A DNA stretch of 64,000 nucleotides, from assembly GCA_001872725.1 (NCBI GenBank), contig MNWR01000017.1, forward strand, positions 1,982 to 65,981, read 5' to 3'. Shown here piece after piece: positions 45,487-54,278 of the stretch. The notes under the pieces were generated by a model. It saw only the letters and a list, made by a program, of their open reading frames with translations. It was not told the DNA's origin and did not search any database. Position 1 is the first letter of the stretch; every line of letters starts with the position of its first letter. The position numbers were made by a program, and so were the translations under genes. Source of the stretch: Proteobacteria bacterium CG1_02_64_396 (GTDB lineage Bacteria > Pseudomonadota > MNWR01 > CG1-02-64-396).

Positions 45487-48400
45487 TCATTCCAACAACG
45501 CGGCGAACACCTTCTGGATCGCTTGGGGAATATGGGTCAAATTGACCTCAATCCGACCATCCTCGCCCAACCGCATGACCTTGGCGTACACCGCCTCGTC
45601 GGGAGAGGGGTTGGATTCCAAGAAGAATTTGATGTTGGCGCGAACCTCGAACGCCGAGGGGAGCTCCAGGACGCAGTCTTTCGCCGCCAATGCGCACAGG
45701 TTTCCTGGCAGAAATTCACCCGCCGAGGTCTTGCCGCTAAGGGGTTCGTAGCGAATCGCGAGGGGAGAGATCAACGATTTAAAAACCACCTTCCTTGGTG
45801 GAAGCCGAACATTGAAAGCCCCCGAGATCCCCGATATCTCGTACATCGTCACCGGCTCCGCGATCCCTTTGAAAGGTGCACTGAACGAAGCCGCCGCCTC
45901 CAATTGAGAGGAGACGGCATCCCTGGTGGCTTGAGTCACGAGAACCTGCCCCCCCACGGTGTACGACTCCACCCTCGCGGTGAGGTTGACATTTCGCCCC
46001 ACCACCGCGTACTTCGTGCGCATGTCGGACCCGATATTGCCGGCGACCACGTTGCCGGTATGGATGCCGATGCCCATCGACAGCTCGGGGTAGCCACGCT
46101 CCCGGTTCAGGGCATTGACCCGCGACATCGCCAGTTGCATCTCCAGGGCGCAAGCCACCGCGCGATCGGCATCGTCCTGCCGCATGGTGGGGGCTCCGAA
46201 GAGGATCAGAATCCCATCGCCCATGAACTCGTTGATAGTCCCCGAATACTTGAAGATCACCTCGGTCATCTCTTTCAGATACAGATTCAACATCTCGACC
46301 ACGGTCTCGGCCGACAGGGCTTCCGAAATCGCCGAGAAACCCCGCAAGTCGGTGAACATCACCGAAACCGAGAGGGTCTTCCCACCCAGATCCAATCCCT
46401 CAGGCGCCTCTAGGATCTGCTCCACCACCTCGTTGGACATGTAGCGTCCGAAGATCCTTTTGATGAACCGATTCTTGACCTCCAACTGATCCAAGGCCTC
46501 GCGCAGGTCGGCGGTTCGCTCCCGCACCTTCTGCTCCAAGGTTCGATTGAGCTCCTCTAGGTTTTCGCGTTGGCGATTGAGCTGATGGGTGGCCGACAGA
46601 AACCCCGATATCGCCAAGAAGGTGTCGATATCCCCCGATTCGAGGGGAGGGAAAAAGGGCTTGGCCTCCTTGAGACGCCCCGACAACAGCAAACCGATCG
46701 TTCGGTCGCCCTCGCGAATGGGTACGCCCACGAAAAAGGGGATGGGGATACGCTCCTTGATCGCCAGGGCCATTGCCGCTTTCCCCCCCCTGCGGTTGGC
46801 CAGAAGATGGCCCTCCTCCATCCAGGCGGGATCGTGCTCGATGCTGGCCCCCCTGAGGATATCGTGCTCATCCAGGACAAAGCCGTTCCAGAACACCGCT
46901 CGGTACTGATCCCCCTCCCGGACCAGCACGACGGTGCGATCCATGTTCAACGTAGCGTTGATTTCGTGGATCGTGGAGAGGCACAAATCCTCGAACGTCT
47001 GGCGGGTGTGGATCTTGGCTTGAAGATTGGCGAGAACCGCGAAACCCTGCCGTTTCAATCGCAGTTCGTTGTTCAAGACCGTGATGTTGGAGTCGTGCCG
47101 GACGTTCAATCCCGCCAGCTCGTCGGTCAAGGCGGCGTAATAGTCGACCGCCTTGCTCAGCTCCCCCACCTGCGTCTGGGCGTTGGCGACAAGCGCCCGC
47201 AATTGCCCCTCGGAGGCGTCGCCGGGGATGTCGGCAACCGCCGCGGATGCCCTGACCTCTTCGGTACGCGCCGCCGTCGCAACGGCATCGACCTGTGGGG
47301 GCGCCTCTTCGACGACCGCCTCGCTGACGATCGCCAACACCCCGGTCCAATCCAGGGGGGTTGGCACTCCGGCAATCTCGCCGATCTCGACCCCGGAGTA
47401 GAAGCCCAGCAGCGGGATCTCCCCCAGGGCCTTTTGGACCTCCACCGCCTCCTCTTTGTCGAACCCCGAGTAGGAGGCGGCACGCCCCGCGCAATCGATG
47501 TAAAAGGCAAAAATCGGTTTGCGCCCCCCCAATCCCGCCAACAGATGGGCGACCTTCTCGCCGATGTAGCCGAAATCGAGATCGCGGCGCATCAACTGGA
47601 TCTCCGAACCCGGCATCAGATCCGGTTCGAACATCACCAAACCTTTGCGCTTTTCGTCGACCCCCATGCACAAACGGTTGGCGTAACGGTCCTCGTCAAA
47701 CGGACCGAATTTCTCGCCGCGATTGACCCCAAAGGTGACGAAAAAACTGTAGTCCTTCCAGGTTTTGCCCGATTCCCGCCCAAGGAGGTCGGCGATTTTG
47801 TCCAACGCCGGAACGCCGTCGATTTCGAGCACGACGTTGCCCTCGGTCTTGGTGATGCGGTGGTAGCTGCTGGCGGGACGGCAACCGTGCATGACGGTGG
47901 AGTCGATACGCAGCGCGCCCGAAAAAACCAAGGCCATAGCGCTTTGCTGCAAGACTTCGTCGCCATGCCATTGGTATGTCTCCCGGCACTGCATGTCGCC
48001 CACCAAGCCCGCCCCAACCAGCCGGGGCCAAGAGGCGAGTTCGCGGTAGATCCCCGCAAGCAGGTAGGTGGCCATGTTCATCTGAAAAGAACCCTTCAGA
48101 CGATTGACCGAGTCGTACAGGAGGATGACCGAGGGGTCTTCTTCGTAGCCCCCGTCGCGAATGGCGGCGCCGAGTTGGCGACCGACTTCGGTCTCGTTGT
48201 CGGCCAAACCCCGTGCCAACAACACATCGAATTTGGATGGCGACGAGAAAGAAACCAGGAGCACGCCAACCTGGAAGCCGTCGTAGGCGAGATCGGTGTT
48301 GGTGATGACGCCAACACCGTAGCCGCCGACCACGGTACACGCAGCTCCGACCACGGCCCGAACCCCATCGCGTAAAAGGGCCGGATCGTGGCGGGAGGTA

Positions 48401-48549
48401 GAAATCAGGATCGCCAGATGCCAATCGGGAACGTCCTGCCCCCGAGTCGAGGCTTGCCTGGCTGCCTCATAACCCGCTTGAAAGGACTCCTGTTGATCGC
48501 TGAACCCAACGCGACCGATCGAGTGCGTCATATCCATGGAAGTGTTCAT
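45487..48549 (-). CDS. FIST(N/C)-GAF-coiled coil-class III adenylate/guanylate cyclase with an uncharacterised C-terminal extension
   Basis: ATG 48549 within ORF 45487..48765. It has a FIST-like N-terminal half. The cyclase core is VMFTDLRGFS...FMGDGILILFGAP...GIHTGNVVAGNIGS...YAVVGRNVNLTARVES. About 150 aa follow the cyclase domain. Confidence 0.85.
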   Translation of the reverse strand: MNTSMDMTHSIGRVGFSDQQESFQAGYEAARQASTRGQDVPDWHLAILISTSRHDPALLRDGVRAVVGAACTVVGGYGVGVITNTDLAYDGFQVGVLLVSFSSPSKFDVLLARGLADNETEVGRQLGAAIRDGGYEEDPSVILLYDSVNRLKGSFQMNMATYLLAGIYRELASWPRLVGAGLVGDMQCRETYQWHGDEVLQQSAMALVFSGALRIDSTVMHGCRPASSYHRITKTEGNVVLEIDGVPALDKIADLLGRESGKTWKDYSFFVTFGVNRGEKFGPFDEDRYANRLCMGVDEKRKGLVMFEPDLMPGSEIQLMRRDLDFGYIGEKVAHLLAGLGGRKPIFAFYIDCAGRAASYSGFDKEEAVEVQKALGEIPLLGFYSGVEIGEIAGVPTPLDWTGVLAIVSEAVVEEAPPQVDAVATAARTEEVRASAAVADIPGDASEGQLRALVANAQTQVGELSKAVDYYAALTDELAGLNVRHDSNITVLNNELRLKRQGFAVLANLQAKIHTRQTFEDLCLSTIHEINATLNMDRTVVLVREGDQYRAVFWNGFVLDEHDILRGASIEHDPAWMEEGHLLANRRGGKAAMALAIKERIPIPFFVGVPIREGDRTIGLLLSGRLKEAKPFFPPLESGDIDTFLAISGFLSATHQLNRQRENLEELNRTLEQKVRERTADLREALDQLEVKNRFIKRIFGRYMSNEVVEQILEAPEGLDLGGKTLSVSVMFTDLRGFSAISEALSAETVVEMLNLYLKEMTEVIFKYSGTINEFMGDGILILFGAPTMRQDDADRAVACALEMQLAMSRVNALNRERGYPELSMGIGIHTGNVVAGNIGSDMRTKYAVVGRNVNLTARVESYTVGGQVLVTQATRDAVSSQLEAAASFSAPFKGIAEPVTMYEISGISGAFNVRLPPRKVVFKSLISPLAIRYEPLSGKTSAGEFLPGNLCALAAKDCVLELPSAFEVRANIKFFLESNPSPDEAVYAKVMRLGEDGRIEVNLTHIPQAIQKVFAALLE

Positions 48550-48601
48550 ACCTGACGTTGCGCGAACGCGGCGGCGGAATTCCCGCCGCCGCAGAAGAGG
48601 C

Positions 48602-50095
48602 TTACTGCAAGCGCTTGCGGATGTATTGCGGAATACCTTCCCGTCCGCTTTTTTCCCTGTTGTAGATGTGGTCAAACTCATGGGCGGGATTGAGCATTTT
48701 GGTGGCAATGTTGCGGGCAGCTTCCCAGCACTCCTCCTGCAAACCGGTTCCGCAGGTATATCCACCGACCAGCCACACTCGGTTCTGGCCCTGAACGCCA
48801 GGAATCGTCACATCCTGACAATACTGGGCCCGCATCCCCAATATGGTGTGGTAGAAGTTGAACATCGTGCATCCGGGCGGCAGAAACGAACTTTGGGGCC
48901 CCAACAGATACGCATCGGGCGGAATGGGATTCCGGGGGTTCAGGGTGCAAAAATAGAGGGGATCGTTGGCGTTGTTGATGATGGGATTCTTGCTGGCCGA
49001 ATCGTTCTGATGCCGGTTGACGACGTAGCTCATCCGATAGGGCTGGCCCTGGTTGGGATGGTCGTACATGTTGACGTTGTAGGTACGCCACGCACTGACG
49101 TTGGCAGGGAGCTCGCCCGTGCTGGCATGCACCACGACCTCGTCGCTGGAGTAGGTGATTGCGTTGACAATTTCGTCGATGTAAGGGGGAACGGCTCTTT
49201 GATTGGCGAAGATCGACCGCAATTGCCACGCCTGAACCCCCAAAACCACGGCATCGAACGTCCCGCCGGGGGAATTCCCGTCCGTCGTAACGACGACGCC
49301 CCCCCCGGTGTACTCGAACTGAGCCTTGGTGCCGGTGAAGATCCGCACCCCTTTGTCGGTCAAATCTTGCGCCAACGCCGCAATCCAGCTGTGGGCGCCA
49401 TTGACCCAATACATTCGGTCGGCGCCCCGTCCCGTCCCGTATCCCTCTTGTAGATTGAAATAATGGATGACCATCCGCGCCGGCATATCGGAGGGCGCGA
49501 TGCCGGTCGCGAAGTACATGGCGTTGATGTGCGGGAACAGGTTGTAGTTGACGAAATCGGAGCCGAATCTGAGTTCGGGGTAGTTGGCCGAGACGGTGGG
49601 ATCCGACAAGAACTGCCCCATCGTGGCGTTGAAGAACTTCCCGCTCGGCTGAAGGAACTCGTTGATATTGGCGCTCACATAGGCGGCAAATTGATTGTTC
49701 CCGGCCTGAATGGTCGCGGGAATGATGTTGGCCCACGTGGTATCCATGGTGTAACCGCTGCCTGGGATGGTGCCTCCATTGCCGACGCCGAAGAAGCTGA
49801 TGGTGTCTTCCAGGGGGGCATAAGGGACGCCCAGCCTATCGAGCATCCCGACGATTTCGGTATAACTGTTCTTGTTGAAATCGTTGACCCCGAGGTCGAC
49901 CCACCGCTTGAACCATGGATTGGTTCCACCCGGTATGGCCTGCCCAACGCTGGGGACCGGCACGGTTCTGCAATTGCCTCCCACATGGTGAACCGCCTCG
50001 TAGACCGTAACGTTGACCCCTTTCTGATTTAAGAAGTAGGCCACCCCTAGGCCGCTAACCCCGCCACCGATCACTGCCACGTTCCGTACCGACAT
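48602..50095 (-). CDS. FAD-dependent amine-oxidase-like flavoprotein (NAD(P)/FAD-binding)
   Basis: ATG 50095 within ORF 48602..50284. It has the dinucleotide fold VAVIGGGVSGLGVAYFL...YEA..HVGGN, and later GGYTCGTGLQEEC. Confidence 0.7.
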   Translation of the reverse strand: MSVRNVAVIGGGVSGLGVAYFLNQKGVNVTVYEAVHHVGGNCRTVPVPSVGQAIPGGTNPWFKRWVDLGVNDFNKNSYTEIVGMLDRLGVPYAPLEDTISFFGVGNGGTIPGSGYTMDTTWANIIPATIQAGNNQFAAYVSANINEFLQPSGKFFNATMGQFLSDPTVSANYPELRFGSDFVNYNLFPHINAMYFATGIAPSDMPARMVIHYFNLQEGYGTGRGADRMYWVNGAHSWIAALAQDLTDKGVRIFTGTKAQFEYTGGGVVVTTDGNSPGGTFDAVVLGVQAWQLRSIFANQRAVPPYIDEIVNAITYSSDEVVVHASTGELPANVSAWRTYNVNMYDHPNQGQPYRMSYVVNRHQNDSASKNPIINNANDPLYFCTLNPRNPIPPDAYLLGPQSSFLPPGCTMFNFYHTILGMRAQYCQDVTIPGVQGQNRVWLVGGYTCGTGLQEECWEAARNIATKMLNPAHEFDHIYNREKSGREGIPQYIRKRLQ

Positions 50096-50502
50096 ACACT
50101 CCGCCCCTTTATGGTTGTTGGTTTTATTGGGTGTATTGCACTTATCGACACCCCATGCGCGTCCGACGGTCGTTTCCATAATACACTTGCGATATATCAA
50201 ACCATGTTGATGGTAACGGCGTGTAGTCCATCTAACCCACAGACAACCTCTGCCGTTGCTGCTTTGAGACGCGCGGACGGGCAAGGGCCATGTGGGCCGA
50301 CCACGAAAACCCTTACCTTATATGACCCTACGGAGTAACCCCGGAAAGAGACGAGGTCTTTTTCTGGATTGAGAAGAGTCGATTGAGGCATCCATCCTAC
50401 GTCACACGACGTGATGCCTAACACGACGTTTCCTTACAAAACCATACCGAATCGTGATGATCCCGGCCGTAGCTCCATCGAAGACCGATCCCATCGCTTT
50501 TC

Positions 50503-52980
50503 TTGTTTCCTTCCATGTTCGCTCAGGTCTTGCCCATGGCATCGGAATTGCCGCACGTCGACATCGCCATCGTCGGTTCTGGCCCCGGCGGGTTGAGCGC
50601 CGCCGCCCGCGCCGCCGCCCGCGGCATGAGCCATGTGGTGCTCGAACGCCAGGGACATCTGGCCGACACGCTACAAAGCTTCCAGGCGGGCAAACCGGTC
50701 ATGGCGACCCCCGAACGGTTGCCGCTGCGCTCCGACTTTCTCTTCGAGGCAGGACGCAAAGAGATCGTGCTGGAGAGCTGGCGCTGGCAGGCCGACAAGC
50801 TGGGGGTCCACATCCGTTTTAATGCCGAGGTCCGTGCCATCGCGCCGCGGGAGGGGGGGGGCTTTCACATTGCGTTGGAGGGGGGCGACGAACTGCTCGC
50901 CGACAAGGTGGTGCTGGCCATCGGCCTGCAAGGCAACCAGCGCAAACTGACCATTCCCGGCGCCCATCTCCCCCACATCCAATACCGGCTCGACGATCCC
51001 CAGTCATTTCAAGACCAGGACATCCTGGTGATCGGGGGGGGCGATTCGGCCATCGAAACCGCACTGGCCCTGATTCCCCACAACCGGGTCACCCTTTGCT
51101 ACCGGGGCAGCGAGTTCGCCCGGGCCAAGACGGGCAACCTCCAGGCGTTGGAGCAGGCCGCCGTGCAAGGGCTGCTCTACGTCATGCTCGATTCAAATCC
51201 TAAGGAGATCGCGCCCGGAACGGTTCACATCGAAACAGCCAAGGGCAACGCCGTTCTCCCCTGCTCGGCCATCATCGCGCGGCTTGGCGCGATTCCCCCC
51301 CGACGGTTTCTTGAGAGCATAGGCATTCGCTTCCACGGCGCCGACGCCACCGCCCTGCCCGAGCTGAGCCCCACCCTGGAATCAAACGTGCCGGGGCTCT
51401 ACATCGTCGGAGCCTTGGCGGGATACCCCCTCATCAAGCAGGCGCTCAACCAGGGTTACGAGGTGGTCGAGGCGATTGCCGGCAACCCGCTCCCCCCCAC
51501 CGACGAGCCGCTGCTGCTCGAAAAACTCACGGCGGGCCACGTCGAGTCGACGGTCGACGCCTTCATCGACAAGACCCGCCGGATGATCCCCCTCTTCGCC
51601 GGATTGACCCATCTGCAAATGCGCGAGCTGCTGGCCAAAAGCATCGTCCACACCCTCAAACCGGGGGAGCCAGCCTTCCACGCCGGCGACTATTCCAACA
51701 CCTTCTGGTCGATCGTCTCGGGCTCGATGGCGGTGCTGATCGACCCGAACGATCCGGGGCGCAGGGTTTTTCTCAACGCGGGCGACTTCTTCGGGGAGAT
51801 GGGGCTGATCTCGGGACGACGGCGCAACGCCACCGTGGTCGCCCAAACCACCAGCGTCCTGATCGAGACCTCTCGCCGTTCGATGCTCAAATTGATCACC
51901 TCCTCCGAGGCGGTGCAGCGGGCCCTCGACCGGGCCTTCATCGTGCGGCAGATCCACCGCATGTTCGGGGTTTCCCTCGGCGATGATCGTTTCGCCCCCC
52001 TGCTCGACAAGATGCGCATCGAGCATTACCGCCCCGGCCAAACCATCTACGCCGAAGGGGACGACGGCGACTGTATGCATCTGATCCGGCGCGGATCGGT
52101 CACGGTCGAGCGCCGGGTCGGAGGGAAAAACATCGTGCAGGCCTACTTGCAGGCAGGCAGCTACATGGGGGAGATCGCCCTACTGGGGAAAGTCCCCCGT
52201 ACCGCCACGGTACGGGCGGCGGTCGCCACCGAGACGGTCCGCATCGACAGCGAACACTTCCACCAGCTCGGCGAGCTGTTCCCCGACCTCAAGCGCCAGG
52301 TCTACAAGACCTATCGGGAGCGGCTGGCCGCCGACAGCAAAAACAACACAGACAATGCCAGCGACGCCATCCGGTTTTTGATTGCCCAGGGGATCGGCGA
52401 GGGGACCGACATCTTGACCATCGACGCGTCGCTGTGCGTGCGCTGCGGCAACTGCGAAACCGCCTGCGCCCGGATGCACGGCGGGGTTTCCCGGCTCAAG
52501 CGCGATTCGGGCAGCACGGTGGGCAACCTGCATCTGCCGATCTCCTGCCGCCACTGCGAACACCCCCATTGCATGGCCGAATGCCCCCCCGACGCCATCC
52601 ACCGAGAAAAAGGGGGCGAGGTCTGGATCGACGCCGCCCAGTGCATCGGCTGCGGTCAGTGCGAGAGCAACTGCCCCCACGGGGTCATTCGCATCATCGA
52701 GGAGGCCCCTGCGCCCCCCGAGGGTTTTCTGCCCAAGATCCGGGGCTGGAGCAAAAACTCCCGTCGGCTCTGGCACCGGCTGCTCTTTTTGCAAAAACAG
52801 GACGATCTCCACCCCGAATCGGGCCTGGGGATGGTGGGAGAAAAAAACAAGCTCGCGGTGAAGTGCGACATGTGCCGCAACATCGCCGGAGGCCCCTCCT
52901 GCGTCCGCTTCTGCCCCACCGGAGCGGCCCTGCGTACCCGCCCCGAAGCCCTGCTCGACCGGCTGCGTCGGCCCCGCTGA
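50503..52980 (+). CDS. Fusion protein: pyridine-nucleotide-disulfide oxidoreductase + two cyclic-nucleotide-binding domains + 4Fe-4S dicluster domains
   Basis: The domains read IAIVGSGPGG and VIGGGDSAIE (FAD/NAD), two cNMP motifs ([19 protein letters not shown]; GSYMGEIALLGKVPRTATV), and CVRCGNCETAC, CRHCEHPHCMAECP, CIGCGQCESNCP, CDMC...CVRFCP. The start is possibly ATG 50536. Confidence 0.85.
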   Translation: MFPSMFAQVLPMASELPHVDIAIVGSGPGGLSAAARAAARGMSHVVLERQGHLADTLQSFQAGKPVMATPERLPLRSDFLFEAGRKEIVLESWRWQADKLGVHIRFNAEVRAIAPREGGGFHIALEGGDELLADKVVLAIGLQGNQRKLTIPGAHLPHIQYRLDDPQSFQDQDILVIGGGDSAIETALALIPHNRVTLCYRGSEFARAKTGNLQALEQAAVQGLLYVMLDSNPKEIAPGTVHIETAKGNAVLPCSAIIARLGAIPPRRFLESIGIRFHGADATALPELSPTLESNVPGLYIVGALAGYPLIKQALNQGYEVVEAIAGNPLPPTDEPLLLEKLTAGHVESTVDAFIDKTRRMIPLFAGLTHLQMRELLAKSIVHTLKPGEPAFHAGDYSNTFWSIVSGSMAVLIDPNDPGRRVFLNAGDFFGEMGLISGRRRNATVVAQTTSVLIETSRRSMLKLITSSEAVQRALDRAFIVRQIHRMFGVSLGDDRFAPLLDKMRIEHYRPGQTIYAEGDDGDCMHLIRRGSVTVERRVGGKNIVQAYLQAGSYMGEIALLGKVPRTATVRAAVATETVRIDSEHFHQLGELFPDLKRQVYKTYRERLAADSKNNTDNASDAIRFLIAQGIGEGTDILTIDASLCVRCGNCETACARMHGGVSRLKRDSGSTVGNLHLPISCRHCEHPHCMAECPPDAIHREKGGEVWIDAAQCIGCGQCESNCPHGVIRIIEEAPAPPEGFLPKIRGWSKNSRRLWHRLLFLQKQDDLHPESGLGMVGEKNKLAVKCDMCRNIAGGPSCVRFCPTGAALRTRPEALLDRLRRPR

Positions 52981-53177
52981 GGAAAGCGCCATGGATGGAT
53001 CGATCCTGAGCCACCGACGCTTCCGCCACTTACAACGGACCCTGCTGGCCGTGGCCGTAGCGGTTGCCTTCACCCCGGCCCGTGGGCTGAACGGCGGCAC
53101 GACAACCGGGTACGTTTTGGACATTACGGCGACTGTACCGGCTGCCACCGCTACCATGGAGAGTGGGACGAAGGGAC

Positions 53178-53621
53178 TTAATCCGATCGATCGATCGACG
53201 CGCCTGGAGGGCGCAACACCCCCTCGCGGATGAAATAGCCCGCATCGACCTTGATGCAGCGGTTTTCGACATAGTCCACCCCCGCCGCCCGGCACATCGC
53301 CATAGCCTCGGGGCTTCGCGCTCCGGGCTGCACCCAAACCCCCTTCACCCCCCGTTCGAGCGCCCGCGCCACCACCGGGGCGATTTTATCCTCCCCCAAA
53401 AACACGTTGAGCAGATCGACCCCCTCGGGCAGTTCATCCACATCGCGCAGCACCGGTTCCCCCAGGATTTGATCCCCCCTCGGGTAGATCGGGATCAAAC
53501 GCCAGCCCCAGCGCTGCATCCGAGCCGCCACCTGATGGCTGATCCGGTCGGGTTTGGGGGAGAGCCCGACCACGGCGATGGTGCGGCTGCGGGCGAGCAT
53601 CGAAAGGGCGGGGTCGGACAT
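53178..53621 (-). CDS. CoA-binding domain protein (YccU/YneT-like)
   Basis: 147 aa, with TIAVVGLSPKPDR.S..V and VNVF-type layout. Confidence 0.75.
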   Translation of the reverse strand: MSDPALSMLARSRTIAVVGLSPKPDRISHQVAARMQRWGWRLIPIYPRGDQILGEPVLRDVDELPEGVDLLNVFLGEDKIAPVVARALERGVKGVWVQPGARSPEAMAMCRAAGVDYVENRCIKVDAGYFIREGVLRPPGASIDRSD

Positions 53622-53633
53622 GGCAAACCTGCG

Positions 53634-54278
53634 TCAATCGAAAAGAAGAAAGCCGGCCAACATCAAACCGGCATTGGCTCCGGCATGCAGTACAAAGGGG
53701 GCCATCACGTGCCCCGCCCGCAGCATTACCCAGCCCAGCAGCAGCCCCCCAATCAGGGGAATCAGCGGCACCTCTTGGGTCGGCAGGTGGGCGGCAGCAA
53801 AAACCAGGGCGGTCACCACCACCGCCCAACGTCCCCCCAGCACCTGGGCCAGGGCCGGTTGCAGCGCCCCGCGAAAGAGAAGCTCCTCCACCCAGGGGCC
53901 GACCAGAACCGCCAAGGGGAGGAACAAAACCCAGCCCAGCCCCGAGACCTCGGGCAAATAGGTCGGGATGTCGCGCAGATTGAAGGTCAGCCCCACCCCA
54001 ATGACGGCAATGCCAAGCCACCCCAGCCCAAAAACCCACGGGGCGATGCGGCGTAGCGCCAAACGCCAGTCGCCCGTTCCGACCGGCCACCCCCCCCAGA
54101 TCCAGCGGATGACGAGCAAATCGATGCATCGCACCCCCAATACCCAGGCCGACTGACTCAACGCCTGCTCGTCGCCGATCTCAAGCTTGCCCGGAATCCA
54201 GCTGCCCAGACTGGCTTCGATTCCCACCAGCACCGCCAGCAGCAGCAGCCCCTTTTTCAAATCGGTGGGGATCGTCAC
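53634..54278 (-). CDS. CPBP-family intramembrane glutamic endopeptidase (CAAX protease-like)
   Basis: In-frame GTG 54278 of ORF 53634..54974 overlaps the upstream stop (GTGA). It has EELLFRG and FAAAH motifs. Confidence 0.7.
   Translation of the reverse strand: MTIPTDLKKGLLLLAVLVGIEASLGSWIPGKLEIGDEQALSQSAWVLGVRCIDLLVIRWIWGGWPVGTGDWRLALRRIAPWVFGLGWLGIAVIGVGLTFNLRDIPTYLPEVSGLGWVLFLPLAVLVGPWVEELLFRGALQPALAQVLGGRWAVVVTALVFAAAHLPTQEVPLIPLIGGLLLGWVMLRAGHVMAPFVLHAGANAGLMLAGFLLFD

Noticed and set aside
53184-53200. CGATCGATCGATCGACG, triple overlapping GATC sites
   Set aside because: It lies inside the last codons (IDRSD) of the CoA-binding protein gene. It is a short coding-sequence coincidence with no evidence of a regulatory role.
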